Positions 13,261 to 26,384 of a DNA stretch of 64,000 nucleotides are shown piece after piece. A model generated the notes under the pieces. That model was not told the DNA's origin. It searched no databases and saw only the letters and a list, made by a program, of their open reading frames with translations. Position numbers and translations under genes: made by a program. Position 1 is the stretch's first letter, and every line of letters starts with the position of its first letter. The stretch comes from Rhina ancylostomus (lineage: Eukaryota): the NCBI GenBank assembly GCA_030265395.1, contig JARFYF010000094.1, positions 63,512,842-63,576,841 of the forward strand, read 5' to 3'.

Positions 13261-13879
13261 ACATGGTAGATGGAGGTAATGTTGTGATTGAGCAAATCTG
13301 TACCTCCAGAAATATGGTGAATGAAGAGAGTTGACATTTTGAAATGTTAATTATATGATACACAATTACTGGATTATGTTTTGGTCATCTTGTATGTATT
13401 CTGTATTAAATCAATTTTAATTGATTTATTTTGAGATACGAAAGAGATGGGAGATGAAGATGCAGACTTTGGGAAGAAAAGGGAGATATAAGTTTGAGAA
13501 AGAAAAACACATGGGGCACGGACTGAAATTGGAGAGCAAGAGAAGCAAAGATAGATGGGGGAAGTGAAAGAGAAACCAGAGGGAGAAATTGCTGACCTAA
13601 TAATGAATGATTAGATGCAGAGAGATGTTATTTGACACCAAGAGAGTAACGGCACAGAGAAAGATAGGTCGGCAGGCAGACGGAGCCACGAAGGGAACAG
13701 GATGTGCGACTGGATAAAGTGGAAGCGGCACATTCACAGAGGAGCAAAGAGATGAGAGGACAAATATTAGGATGGAATGTAGTACAGATAAATCTAAATA
13801 TTCCAGCGACAAAGGCAAAGAGGTTGTGAAAGGTAAACAAATTGCTGGATTGAAGGATTAAGGTGCGGACCCCTGATTA

Positions 13880-14320
13880 CAGAAGGCACATATCTATGAG
13901 CCATGTGAGGAGTGTGATGGGATGTTCTCCACTTGCTTGTATAAATGCAGTTCCAACAACACTTGAANNNNNNNNNNNNNNNNNNNNNCAGCCCCAGGCA
14001 CGATCCTAAATATTTATTCCCTCTACCACTGACAACTTGCTGCAGTGTTTTACCATCTGCAAGTTGCACAGCAGTGATTTGCCGAGGTAGCTTTGACAGG
14101 ACCTGCCAAACCCACAAACTCCATTTTGCTGATAGAGGGACAAAGGTAGGTTTGTGCATCTGGGATGGAAAATGGATCAATGGACTTTCATCTTCTCCCA
14201 ACAGCGTTGTGGGAGATGCTTCGCCCCAAGAATTCCAGCAGTCATACAAGACGGCTCATTTCCACCTTTCAGTAGCCACGTGGAATGGGCATTTCCAGCT
14301 GCCTTTGTCAATGACACCAC
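13880..14320 (+). mobile_element. Old CR1-type LINE 3' fragment (family shared with 43440-44085)
   Basis: cccaacagcgttgtgggagatgcttc matches the reverse complement of gaaggtactcccacagtgctg at about 43485. Confidence 0.6.
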
Positions 14321-16120
14321 CATCCCATCAAATAACACAAAATGCAGGGAAGCTCCAATTAAGAGAAGGACCTGAAACAATCAAGGGCAGAGGGACAAAT
14401 ATCCAGAAAATATGGAGAAGAAGCACATTGGAAAAAAGGCAGTGTGCTCTGCAGATGCTGAGATCAATTGCAGTCACTTCTGGAAATAGAGGTGAGATGC
14501 ATTGACACATCGGAGAAATTCATACATTGCAGTGAAGTAAAATTACCAAGGCAAACAACATCTTTGAGAAAGAGACTCTTGTGGGGAACTCGCAACAAAA
14601 CCATTAATATGACCCTGAGCACTCACTGTGCGCCGAAAAAACAGTTCTAAAATTACTGAGCCATATAAAATTGCAGATTTTAATTACTCCATACATACTG
14701 AATTAATCTGCAACCAGATAGGGTGCTCCACAAATAAGACCATGACCCTACTCTCCAGTTCAAAATTGAGAAAATAAGTATCCATGATCCACAGACTAAT
14801 TGGAGAGGTGGGAGACTTGGATTTTAATGCCAGTTGAATTTTCCTCTATTTGCAAGGAAATTGGGAGCAAGAACTCTATGTTTGAAAGGGTTTTAGCAAG
14901 GGGCAATCAGAAAAGTCAGGCGAGGAAGTCGAGCACAGTGGAATATAAGTGAATTCTCCAGTGTGCTACAGTATCATCCACAACTGACGTGTAAAGGCGG
15001 CCCCGTATTTATCACTGCAAGTGAAAAGGAGAAGCATTGACAGCAATTCATTATGGTACCTCTTTGAGTATGCGTGCCTTCTCCGTTGAAGCTGCTTATT
15101 CAGTGGTGTTGTGTTCTGAAATTCTGGAATATGAGTTCTAACACCACTAACCCCACTGCACACTTAACAATGTGGGATCAGCATCTTTAATTACTGGACA
15201 CTTTTAGCAAATGTGATCTTCCCGTCGAAACTCTAACAGTGACTTTGCTTCAAAAATATTTAATTAATGCAAGAAATCTCCAAAACATTCTGAAGTCATG
15301 ATATGCAATATAAGTACATTCTTTTCTTTCAACGTATGTTTTTAAAAAAAAGTTAAGCTTTTTTTCCTCAGTTTTATCTTGCCTTTATATGCCAAAAAAA
15401 TGGCTGAATGTGGATGTACAGGCCTCTTACCATTGGCTGCATTCATAACATAAATTCCTTGCACTGAACACACTGGCCCTTGGGAGCTTGAATTTTCATA
15501 GGATCTTGGAGCTATGTGTCCACAAATGTGCACTTTGATTAGAGGAATTAGTGCCCGGATTTCTAATCAAAGAATCGGTCCCCAATTTGCTTTGAATTAG
15601 TTCAGACCTTGTGTGTGGAAACCAAGAGCAACAGCACTTTTATGTGTTCAATCTCTGAAGGCACTTAGTGCAATAATTAAATTCTGTTGGCAGCCTAAGA
15701 TGGGGTAAAAGGGGGAGAGATTAAAATTTGTGTTTAAAGTAAGCCAGCAGAAAATTTAGCCTGATTTTTAAGTTTTTAACCAGCACCGTTATTCTACCTG
15801 TACATCAGGCAAATTAAGAAATGGAAATGTATTCCATTATTTGAAGCAGGTGACTGAAGTTGGCTCTTGGCCAGCAGAACTCCTGCGAGACCGGGGAGGA
15901 GGCTGGAGATGATGTTGAGGGCAAGGTTTCAATGTAACAGCTTGTTGAATAATGAATTGGTTCAAGAACAGCCCAAGTTCAGGAGCTACTTGTAACCATA
16001 ATTCCTCTGTTTCTGCAAGCTACTGATTTATCTTGCAGGTAAGGAAAGAGGGAATGGAAAATGACTAAAAACATAATCTTCCAATTACTAATTTGGCAAT
16101 AAGCAATCCATTTTTCTCAA

Positions 16121-16122
<2 letters not shown>

Positions 16123-16166
<44 letters not shown>
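16123..16166 (+). repeat. (GA)22 microsatellite
   Basis: Read directly. Confidence 0.97.
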
Positions 16167-16170
<4 letters not shown>

Positions 16171-17149
16171 TGATTCCCGTGGGATTTATTGAACTTCTGC
16201 CTGCTAATGTCGGTGAACTGGAAGTGTTTGAAAATCAGCTTTAACTTTAAGTCATTATTGAAACTTTGAAATGGCAGTGCTCAAATCGCACTCTATTTCT
16301 ACTTCAGCTGAGGTGCTGATATTTTAATAACCGTGCCTCGTCTGTGTATTGATTAACAGCCACAGCATCACAAAATTCTTGGGGAAAGGACTTTCTCTTG
16401 TAACCCCGTCACTCAGGCTGAAGATGAGTCTGCCCGTGAGTTGACATAGTCCAGTACCCCATTGGCTGAAGAATTGACTTGTTGTCAGGTCTCCCAAGTT
16501 CAAGGATCTTTTGGACAAGGTAATTCAGGAAGCTTTGGACATGAGCTATGATATTTCAAAAACACCTCTCCTTATTTTGCTTTATCCATCCCACTGGAAT
16601 TAATACTTTTCCAATTTCTTCACATGGCATATAATTTGTCGATACCCACTTCACGTCATCTGGGTGAGCAAGCATGTGCTTGCTCACATGAGTAGGGTTT
16701 GGGAATGTAAGAAGTGTTAGTTACAGTGTTGTTCTCCTGATTAAATCTAGCTGAAGTACTTGACATTTCCTCCACTAGAATTGGTGAGCAGATCAAATTC
16801 TGAGCAAGAATGCCTGCTGTTTTCTTTTCATATTTCAGTCGGGCTCTTGCCCCCATTTGTTCTGATCATCATTTGCATTTCTCTCATCGGTGACATTTGT
16901 GGAGAGAAACAGCAGATGGAATCTGTCAGAATGACACATTGAATTAAGGTCAACCATATTCATGATTTGTAAGTGTGCTTTAACTCCTGTTTTTCAGTTC
17001 AGCTATATCCCTATTTCTCTTGTCTGTAAAGGGGCTGAATTATAGGTCTCTCCCACTCTTCACTCTTTGCCACCTGCAGAGGGAACTGTGGTCCAAAGAC
17101 CGTGTCATTGGTATTAAAACCACATCCCTATTTCATGTTTCCTTATAAC

Positions 17150-17358
17150 ATGAGAGGCCATTCAGTCCATTAGTCTATGCTTGTTCTGAAAGCCATCCAC
17201 CCCCCAAATTAATTTTTCCTGCAACCTGTTGTCCCTTTCTATTCCCATCACATATGCACCACCCATCCCAATTTCCACTACTCACCTACACATGAAGGGA
17301 AGTTTACAGTGGCCAATTAATCTACTGGCTCACAGGTTTTTAGGATGTGGGAGGAGAC
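17150..17358 (-). mobile_element. Partial V-SINE
   Basis: tttacagtggccaattaatctac...ttttaggatgtgggagga is the V core region. Confidence 0.6.
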
Positions 17359-17359
17359 A

Positions 17360-17760
17360 CCCTGTTCAATTGCAACAAAACCACCCTGTTTTTAAACTCC
17401 AACCCCTTTGGAATGAAGGCCAAAATGCCATTTGCCTTCTGAACTACTTGTTGGACCTGCCTGGAAGCTGTCTGTGATTCATGCANNNNNNNNNNNNNNN
17501 NNNNNNNNNNNNNNNNNNNNNNNNNNNNNNNNNNNNNNNNNNNNNNNNNNNNNNNNNNNNNNNNNNNNNNNNNNNNNNNNNNNNNGAACTACTTGTTGGA
17601 CCTGCCTGGAAGCTTTCTGTGATTCATGCACTAGAACACCTAGATCCCTCTGCACTTCACGCACTAGCAATTTCTCACCATTTCGAGAATAATCTTCCTT
17701 TTGATTTCTCTTACCAAAGTGCATGACCTCACACTTCCCTACATTGAATTTCCCACCTAT
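17360..17760 (-). mobile_element. CR1 LINE RT fragment
   Basis: FNVGKCEVMHFGKRNQKEDY...VQRDLGVLVHESQKASRQVQQVV. Confidence 0.9.
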
Positions 17761-18339
17761 CTGGTCTCTAGCTTGAGAGAATTTTGCATACCTGGCCAAG
17801 TGGGCAACCAGTGGTAGTTTGTTTATGGTTTATGCAGAGAATTTCTGGAAGTTATTTCATGTAATTCAATGGAGATTGTTGCAGGCTTAATTTCTGAGAA
17901 TTCAGTGTTCCAAGCTGATCAAAGTTTTTCTTATGAAAAGGTTAGCAAATTTTTGAATAAAACATTTGTATTATGTGTTTATTCAAAGTTGCTTTAATTA
18001 TATAAGTATTAAAATAAATTGAATGAAATATAATTGTTGTGTGAAAGTGCTGTTGCAGTTGGTGTGAAAGTACTAGTTTAACATTAAGCAGTGAATACTC
18101 CCTCTTTGTTGTCATAATGTCACACAAACACATCAGGAAATCATTGGCAAAATAAGAAAAGCTAAGACCTCGTGCAACACCGAGGAGTCAGAACAAAAGC
18201 CTTGCATCGATGGGTTGTACAGCTGACTTCATGCCGCCCATGCCATTGTCAGTTTGGAATACCAGTTTCTTCAGCTGGCAGCCATCAGTGCAAAGGTTCA
18301 ACAGTCAGATCAAGGTTCCCTTGCCTGGAATGTAAAGAC

Positions 18340-18670
18340 ATTAAGGAGTCTGAGGAGAGAGGGAGAATTTGGTCTTGAGGGAAAGTGGCAGATTGAATCA
18401 ATATGTATTCATTGTGGGGAAGTGTGAGGTTGTGCACTTCTGTTAGAGAAATCAAAAGGTAGATTATCATCTGAATGGAGAGAGACTGCAAATGAGTGAA
18501 GTGTAGAGAGTTCTAGGTGTGCTACTGCTTGAATCACAAAAAGCTAGCAGAACAAGAAGGCAAACAGCATTTTGGCCTTCATTGCAAAGGGGTTGCTGCA
18601 TTGATTATACTGAATGGCAGAGCAGGCTCAAAGGGCTGAATGGCCCCTCCTCCTATTTTCCCATGTTTTC
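18340..18670 (+). mobile_element. CR1 LINE fragment
   Basis: aagtgtgaggttgtgcacttc...ctaggtgtgcta...gaatcacaaaaagctagc followed by the CR1 tail agagcaggctcaaagggctgaatggcccctcctcct. Confidence 0.75.
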
Positions 18671-19182
18671 TGTGTTAACTTGCACGGTGTTTGTTGCGTT
18701 TTGCAAAGGCCCACTTCAGCAGTGATGCAATAACCCTACATTTTTTTGGAGCAGGCACTGTCCCATAAGTTTCATTTCTTTCTTCCATCATCGTCATGAG
18801 TTATTTTGGGAACACAAAGGGCAGGAAATGCAGGATGCTGAATGACAAATACTATCTACTTATGAAATATAAGCATAAAGAAATTGAGGGAATGACAGAG
18901 AAGGAAATGGGTTGGATTAGGGTCAACTTACCTTCAGATGAAAAGATTGGATTGAAGGAGAAACAAAATTGGCATTGAAGGAGTATGAAGCTCCTTGTTA
19001 ACAGACAGCTACATCCAGGCCCAAATCTTGAGGCAGCTTTTTTCCTGTTTACAACATAAATCTTACCACTTTGTTTTGTAGGTTGTGCAGTGGTTGCACG
19101 GCTCACGGTGGAGTAGTACATACTGTCCAGTAAGTGCATCCCTGCTTCAATGCATTATGTTTTTTTTAACAGCATTCTAACA

Positions 19183-19642
19183 ATGATTGCACTGGAGTAG
19201 GTGCAGAGGAGATTCACCAGAATGATGCCTGGGATGGGGAGTTTTAGTTGTGTGGAGAGACTGGATAGGCTGGGATTGTTTTATTTGGAGTGGAAAAGGC
19301 TGAAGGATGACCCAATTAAGGTATCCAAAATTACGAGGGGCATACTTAGGGAAGATAGACAGAAACTTTTCCCCTTGGCAGAAGAGTCTATCACCAGAGG
19401 TCAAGGCTTAAAGGTAGGGGGTAGGAGATTTTGAGGAAGAATTTTTCTTTTGTCCAGAGAGTGGTTGAAACCTAGAACTTACCACCATGAATAGTGGAGA
19501 CAGAGGATCTCTCAATGAGCATATGAATCTCCAGTGCATCGAAGGCTGCAGGCCAAATGCTGAAAAATGGGATCAGTAAGCTCTGTACAGATAGCCAGCA
19601 TGGGCACAGTGAGCTGAAGAGTCTGTTTCTGTTCTGTATGAC
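19183..19642 (+). mobile_element. CR1 LINE 3' end
   Basis: VQRRFTRMMPGMGSFSCVERLDRLGLFYLEWKRLKDD...LFPLAEESITRGQGLKV, then the 3' UTR. Confidence 0.9.
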
Positions 19643-21385
19643 AGAGTTGGCTACCAAGGCTCACTTGTGAAAATAGTGGCCAATAGTGTTTGGAGCCAAT
19701 GGATTGTCCCCTGGCAAGAGAGTCATGATCTTTTACACAGGAAACCAAAAAAAACACAAAGGAAATAAGTAAAATTGCATAGATAATTATTTGGCATTGA
19801 ATAGAACTGATTATCATTCAAGTCACTGCAGAGGGTTGAGCCTCATTAAATGGAGTGTTGAATTTTATTGTGTGGGAGAGGGAGAGTTATTTACTTGGGT
19901 TTCTTGGCCCAACATCCTAAATCTAGCACGGTGGCCATCAGCTGTGTAGTTTCTCACTCATGATTGACTAGGCACTGAAAGCATTAAGTTAACTGAAGCA
20001 GAGTGCAGAACTATCTTTAAAAATTCATAGCTATTGGCTGGTGTGAATTAACCGTCACGTTGCATTGGGAAAGTGGGAAAATTACAACCAGGGTCATCTG
20101 CAGGGCAATCAGATTCTGCTTCAGTTGGCCAAGGGGATTTTTTTTCCAATAAAGCAGTAACACAACGGAAACTTTCTTCCTATAACTCTCTGCCTCTTAC
20201 TCTTACTCCTTCTGTTGTTCCCCCATCTTATTGCATTCAGCTTTGGCTTTCTCTGTCGCTGTGTCTCATACACTTTCCCTAGTCACCGTGATTCTTCAAA
20301 TCTTTGTGTCAGCCTCTATCACTCCAAACCTGCCTGACATTTGCTTATGTGCCTCTCTTTGGAACATGGATTGCCTGACGATGTTATGTTGTAAGGCATT
20401 AAATACTCTTGCAGTGCACAGTAAAATCCTCACCAACTTGTAAGAATCTTTGGCTCACTACCACTCGAGATGGAGAAAGGGTCTTTGGGATGGCACTAAG
20501 CACAAGAAGCAGGCAGTAGCCATTAGCAGTGAAAGGAGCACTCTCACTGTATGCCATTATATGTTGAAAAGTTTCATTCTATTACATTTATTTATCTTAC
20601 ATGGTTTTCTTGTTTAAAAAAAACGTTATTTCCTCATCAGAATAAGATTGGAATTTTGTTTCATTGCTACATTGGGTTAATTTTAGGTCCAGTAAGTAAG
20701 GCATTCAGTGTAATGCTGTCCAGAATCTGCTGCTGGTGTCAACTTTTCCGAGGCACAGGCCCTGCTACAAGGCCTGATTTAATCCTATCTATATCTCCTC
20801 ACTCTAGACTTTTAAATCACTGAAAACTTCCTTTACTACTCGATCAAAGGGCTTCATAAAATTAAGCACCTCAAAATAAAAGCCTTGCCTTGGTTGCCTC
20901 TCAAAGAATAAAAGGAGCCAAGGTGAGGCGAGGAAATCTCCCTATTGTCCTTGTAGACCTACTATCCACTGTGCTTTCTTTTCAGTTGTTGCCAAATTGT
21001 TCATTTGAGTCATTAAAGAATTGCTTTAAGATTGCATTCACCTTAATAATTGCTTCATCAAAATCACTTTTTAACATCTACCCTTGACTGAAAAGAAAAA
21101 CTGACCTGCAGTAGTTTTTGAAAGAATCATGTCTGTAGAAGGTGCAGTTACTCAAGAGGAGAGAAAATGAAAAATTGTCATTAGGTGTCAATTTTAGATT
21201 TAGTGCATTTTTGCAGCCTTTTCAAGGGTTTGCAAGAACTATTATTTTTCATCAGGGTAGTTCTTCAAGTGACACAGGTTATTGGGTTGTAAAAACTCTA
21301 CTTGATTGTTTTTATAAACTCAAGGAAATTTGAGGTTATTAATAGTGATTCAGTTGGCTGAGCTGCTACCACCTTAAATAGTACC

Positions 21386-21670
21386 TCAGGGTTGAGGATA
21401 ATTTGCTTGCTCTGTAGTTGTGAGGCAGTTGAAAGGTCCTGTGTGGGTTCCCTGGACTCTGCCACAGGTGGGGAAGGAGCTGCAGGACAGCAGGGATGAC
21501 TGAGTCATTTGGAATGTTGTGTGAATGGCCTCCGTGTAGCTCTGAAGTTGAGACTCAAGGTGGTCGGTGCCTTTTTGGATATTTCTTCTCCATTTTGAGT
21601 GGTCAGGCGCCGGGGATTCCTGTGTCAGTGACATTACATATTGTCACTGTAGAGGAACATCAGGAGGCTG
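21386..21670 (-). mobile_element. RTE LINE extreme 3' end
   Basis: ORF 21386..21634(-): DHSKWRRNIQKG...FPTCGRVQGTHTGPFNCL, a decayed CxxC..H C-terminal finger of RTE elements. Confidence 0.7.
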
Positions 21671-21914
21671 GCATTGGTTCATCTATCTTGCCAATGTACT
21701 TGGGAGAGTTTTGCAGAGATAACCTTGGCTAACTAGAGGAACTGAGATCCGATGTGAGAGTTTCCAGCACTTGGAAAACCATACCACAAGAGGATCATGC
21801 CAGAANNNNNNNNNNCCTCTTATTGTGTGGAGCTTAATATTTTGTTCCTCAACTGCATTTCTCTTAATCCAGCTAAATTCCTGTCTTTAATCCATAGTCT
21901 AATAATTTACCTTA

Positions 21915-22010
21915 ATAGAAAATGCTGGAAACACTCAGCGGGTGAACAGCATCTGTGGAGAAAAAAACAGGATTAATGTTCCAGGTTAAAGATCCTTAAT
22001 TAGAATGACT
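21915..22010 (-). mobile_element. Old Penelope-like pLTR fragment
   Basis: agaaaatgctggaaacactcagcgggtgaacagcatctgtggag. Confidence 0.65.
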
Positions 22011-23410
22011 CTTTCTCTAAAAATTTTCTTCCAGCACTCTTTTCCTCAGGTGCTCTCTTGTCCATGGAGGCAATAATGAACTTCATGATCAGTATTTGCT
22101 TTCATAGAGTGGTGGCTCCCAAGATATAGGATTGATCCACAATATGCAGGGTCTCAATGTTGAGCTTTATTGTCAGTGGGTGGTGTTGTTTAGCAGTCCA
22201 GGTTGGTGGAGGGCATTTATTTTGTGGATGTGAAGTATGAGACTATCTTCTCGTGTGCTTCAAGCGAGTGAGCTGATGATAAATTGGAGCACTGCCTTCA
22301 AACATGTACACATGCAAGCATTGTCTGCGTATTGCTGCTGGATGACTGAAGTTGTGTGATCTTAGTTGATTAGTTCTACTCCGGTGGGGAGCTGTTGGAG
22401 CTGAGGTACAACTTTGCAGTGAGAAAGATTGCCAATAGTTTCGAGATTTCATCAGAACCTTGTTTAACACCAGTCTGCACTGACATTGGATCTGTCGTCC
22501 ACCCACTGATTAAGATCATGGCTTGCATGTCATTGTGGAGCAGAAGTAAGATGGAGACAAATTGTTATGAGTGGCTGAATTTGAGAATAATGCTCCTTAG
22601 TGCTTCTCAAAAGTTTTAAAAAAAAGATAGATATGGTGGTTAATGGTGCATTTTGTATTTATGTCGCAGCTGACATGTGACAGAGATTGAACAATGCTGC
22701 TAGATTGGTTTAGGCCTTCATTGGTTGGGTTCTTTGTACTTGAAATGCAATTGAATGAATAATCACATGTCTGTAATTAAATGCACTTAATACCCTTTCA
22801 ATTGCAATTTTGCTTGTAGTGCAGGTTTTTTTTACATTCTTGAAGATACAACTATAACATTCCTTGCCATTCTATATAGTACTATTTCTGCTCCAATACT
22901 TTATTCCGCTCTGCTTCACGTTAACAATTTCCCCATGCACACTGAGGTGCCTTTTGTTCCTTTGTACTGTCCTGTAAAGGATAACATGGTAACTCGATCA
23001 GCCTGAGATTTTACCTACTGCTTTCAGCTTGTAACATTTTAAGTGTAATCCCATCATATCCCCTTGTTGACAGATAATGTGTACTGTATTTACCAGGCCA
23101 TGTATTGGTTTGGCAGTTGTCCAACATCGTCTAAACGTAAAGTTTTCTGTGGAGCACTCGCTGATAACGATTGATTTTTTTTCTTTCAGGTTGAAAGCTT
23201 TGGACTATTGGACATAGTGTTTTGGTGGCAGAGGAGTAAGGATAGGGGAAATCTTTCTCATCCCGCAGCTAAGCATTTCTGACGTTGGCAGTTTGACCTC
23301 AGCTGAGACTTGAATCTCTCAATGTCATCTGTAGCTACGGCTAGTGAAGTTGCTGTGGACTTTCGGTTTTCACATTAACTTCTGGTTTTAAATGCAGAAT
23401 TTTTTTTTTT

Positions 23411-23530
23411 GGAGACACGAGACTGCATATACTGGAATCTGGAGTCACAAACAAAACACTGGATGATCTCAGCAGGTCGGGCAGCATCTATGGAGGGAAG
23501 CACAGTCTACGTTTTGGGTCAAAACCTGAG
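23411..23530 (-). mobile_element. Penelope-like pLTR fragment truncated within the hammerhead
   Basis: ggagacacgagactgc...ctcagcaggtcgggcagcatctatggaggg...cagtctacgttttgggtc. Confidence 0.8.
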
Positions 23531-25759
23531 ATCCATTTCACTCAGCATTGTGAATGTTCTTTTGGAGTTGCTTGTGTTCCTTCAAGTGCCCGAACTGACC
23601 GTGCTGATGAACCATGGCCTTCCTAAAGTGAAATGCTGGTGGTGAATAATTTTGTACTTATTTGGAGATCTGCAGTATATCATCACCTTGAGGCCAGGTA
23701 GAGAAGGGGTAATTAATAGTCAAATCATAAATAATCAGTCCTGTGTTGTTGGCTATCTTTTATCCTTTGTTGACATCCCCTTTGAGAAATCTCACCCATT
23801 GGTCTTGTAAATCTTCAATTCCACTGTGGACAGAAAAGGACGTTGGCAAATTTTCATGAAGAATGTGCCACTTTATAAGATATAAAATGTATGGTGGTTA
23901 GTGTAGGCTTCATTGGCTCACAGGTTAACCAATGCCAGCAGATGGAAATGTGAAATATTAAGGAAAGTGCTGCTGGCCATTAAAGAATAAATAACCAATA
24001 CATACTAGACACCCTATTTATAATTTGGTTGTCATGTTATGATTTGATTATCAGTGATCCTTTCTTTACCAGCTCATGCAAGGTCTTAAGCATTATCATG
24101 GACACCACATGTTTCTCCTCCAGGGCCACCTAAATCCAGACAATGGCCTGGTCCAGTGTATGCCACCAATCCAATCTACAGCTGGATGCTTTGGCCAGGC
24201 AGGTTCTCCAATGTATCCACCTTCCTCTCAGCTGGTGTCAAAAGCTATTGGTATAAAGCAGCAAAGGCTGACTTTCCTTTCAGCTGTTGGGTAGCTTTTA
24301 CTATTAATGTTTCCCTTTCTGGACCCCATCCTAATCACTACTTAGACTGATTTAGTGCCGCAACATTATTTATGTCTACCCAGGCTTTGGTTACATGCCT
24401 CACCTGCACTGAACACCATTCAATGCCATACGTTAGGGTTATATTAGTACACATCTCTGGTATGGGGAGTGTCAACATTTGATTGAAGGCAGAAGTCCTG
24501 GCAAGCAGAGACCCAGTTGCAGAGATGTACAACCACTTGGGACCAGCTGCTCACATTTAGATCAGTGAGAGTTGAGTTTGATTGACCACCTGTTTGATGG
24601 ATCTGCAGTGCCTTTGTTATCCTTCAGGTAGGGGGTGTCGCATTAAGATTTCAAGTTGACAGCAGGCTAACTGTGCTTGTTATTGGCTGTAATACTGTAA
24701 TGTAAATGCACCTTAAGCGCTTCACAAACAAAGCAACAGAGCAGCTGGTAGACAGGATTTAGCTTTCTCTCTGCCATTCGCTGCTCTGTTTGTTTCCATT
24801 CAACCACCTGACATTTTGTGGCCGGCATGCAGTTACCTTCTGTTTTAATTAGTTAACTGCCTCTGTGTTACTGGATCATGTTTAATTCCTTTCTAAGATT
24901 CATTTNNNNNNNNNNNNNNNNNNNNNNNNNNNNNNNNNNNNNNNNNNNNNNNNNNNNNNNNNNNNNNNNNNNNNNNNNNNNNNNNNNNNNNNNNNNNNNN
25001 NNNNNATTTCCTCCAGTTGAATTTTAAATCGCTGGTTATTCATTGCAAAGGGATACTTAAGTTTGGGCATGTCCAGGGTTTTAACTTGCCAAGTGACAGG
25101 AAGGTGATCACAAGCTGAGTTCGGAACTGTGCGCTCTCTTTCTGCTGGTGGCCACTTGATCACTTAGATAAGCAAAAAGCAATGGCAAAAGCTTTAAATA
25201 CAGAGGCAGAATAAATGTGATGTGCCTGAATGACTCGATTTGCATGGAGTTCAATTCGCGGTCAAGAAGAACCTTTTAGTTCTGTTTAGCATAATACATT
25301 TGTGGCCTTATGTAAGGGTGAATTAGATTCAAGCATGCACATTACAACTATCAAAAGAAATAATGAGCATTTATATGGTGTCTTTTATATCCTTCGGCAT
25401 CCCAGAGGTCATTTTGGCCAATGTGATAATATTGAAGCACAGTTACCATTTTAATGCTGGGAAGTATAGCATTTAGTTTCCACAACAGCCATGGAATAAC
25501 TTGTGTCAGATACTGACATAACAGACAGGGAAAGACCTACTGGCCCATGTCACCTGTGCCATATGGTTGAATGTTTAAAATAGAATTGTTGGGATGTGGG
25601 TATTACTGACAAAGCCAGTATTTATTGCCCTTGTCTTGGATTTGCAATATATGGTTAGCACCCCAACCCCCCCCCCACCCCCTTCTCAATTGNNNNNNNN
25701 NNNNNNNNNNNNNNNNNNNNNNNNNNNNNNNNNNNNNNNNNNNNNNNNNNNNNNNNNNN

Positions 25760-26045
25760 AAGGACCCTCACCACTGGGGACATGCCCTCTTCTCATTACT
25801 ACCCTCGGGGAGGAGGTACAGAAGCCTGAAGACCCACACTCAACGTTTCAGAAACAGCTTCCCCTCCACAATCAGATTTCTGAATGGTCAATGAACCCAT
25901 GAACTGTGCCTTGTTATTCCTTTTTCTTTTGCACTATTTATTTATTTTTGTAAATCATAGCAATTTTATGTTTTTGCACTGTACTGCTGCTGCAAATCAA
26001 CACATTTCATGTCATACAAGACAGTGATAATAAATCTGATTCTGC
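25760..26045 (+). mobile_element. Rex/Babar LINE 3' end
   Basis: KDPHHWGHALFSLLPSGRRYRSLKTHTQRFRNSFP followed by a 3' UTR ending aataaatctgattctg. Confidence 0.9.
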
Positions 26046-26384
26046 AAATCTGCGAAATGTCTTCTTCTCATCAAAGCAAATTGGAGAGACCATTGTGGCC
26101 CTCGTCACGGTTCCTCACCTTTTTCTGAAACAAGGAGATCTCCTCCACCATGGACAGTGCTCAAGACAAAGAAGACACAGAACCATTAACTGAGTGCTTG
26201 TTGTGGGATTATTATTGGTCAGGACACCGGGATCACGGCTGTCCTCTGCAGTGAAATTCGTGATAAAGCCCCTGTCCAATGTGATTTTGGCTTGGAAAGA
26301 TGATGACTATGCCTGGCAGCTGACCATTTTCTTGTTGTCTGGCACAGGTTATCATAATGCCAGGCAACAAGTGACTTGCTCGGT

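Noticed and set aside
23161-23241. Strong acceptor (ttttttttctttcAG at 23189) with donor GTAAGG at 23236
   Set aside because: It would give a 46-nt frameshifting unit with a weak donor context and no recognisable peptide. Such pseudo-exons are common in long introns.
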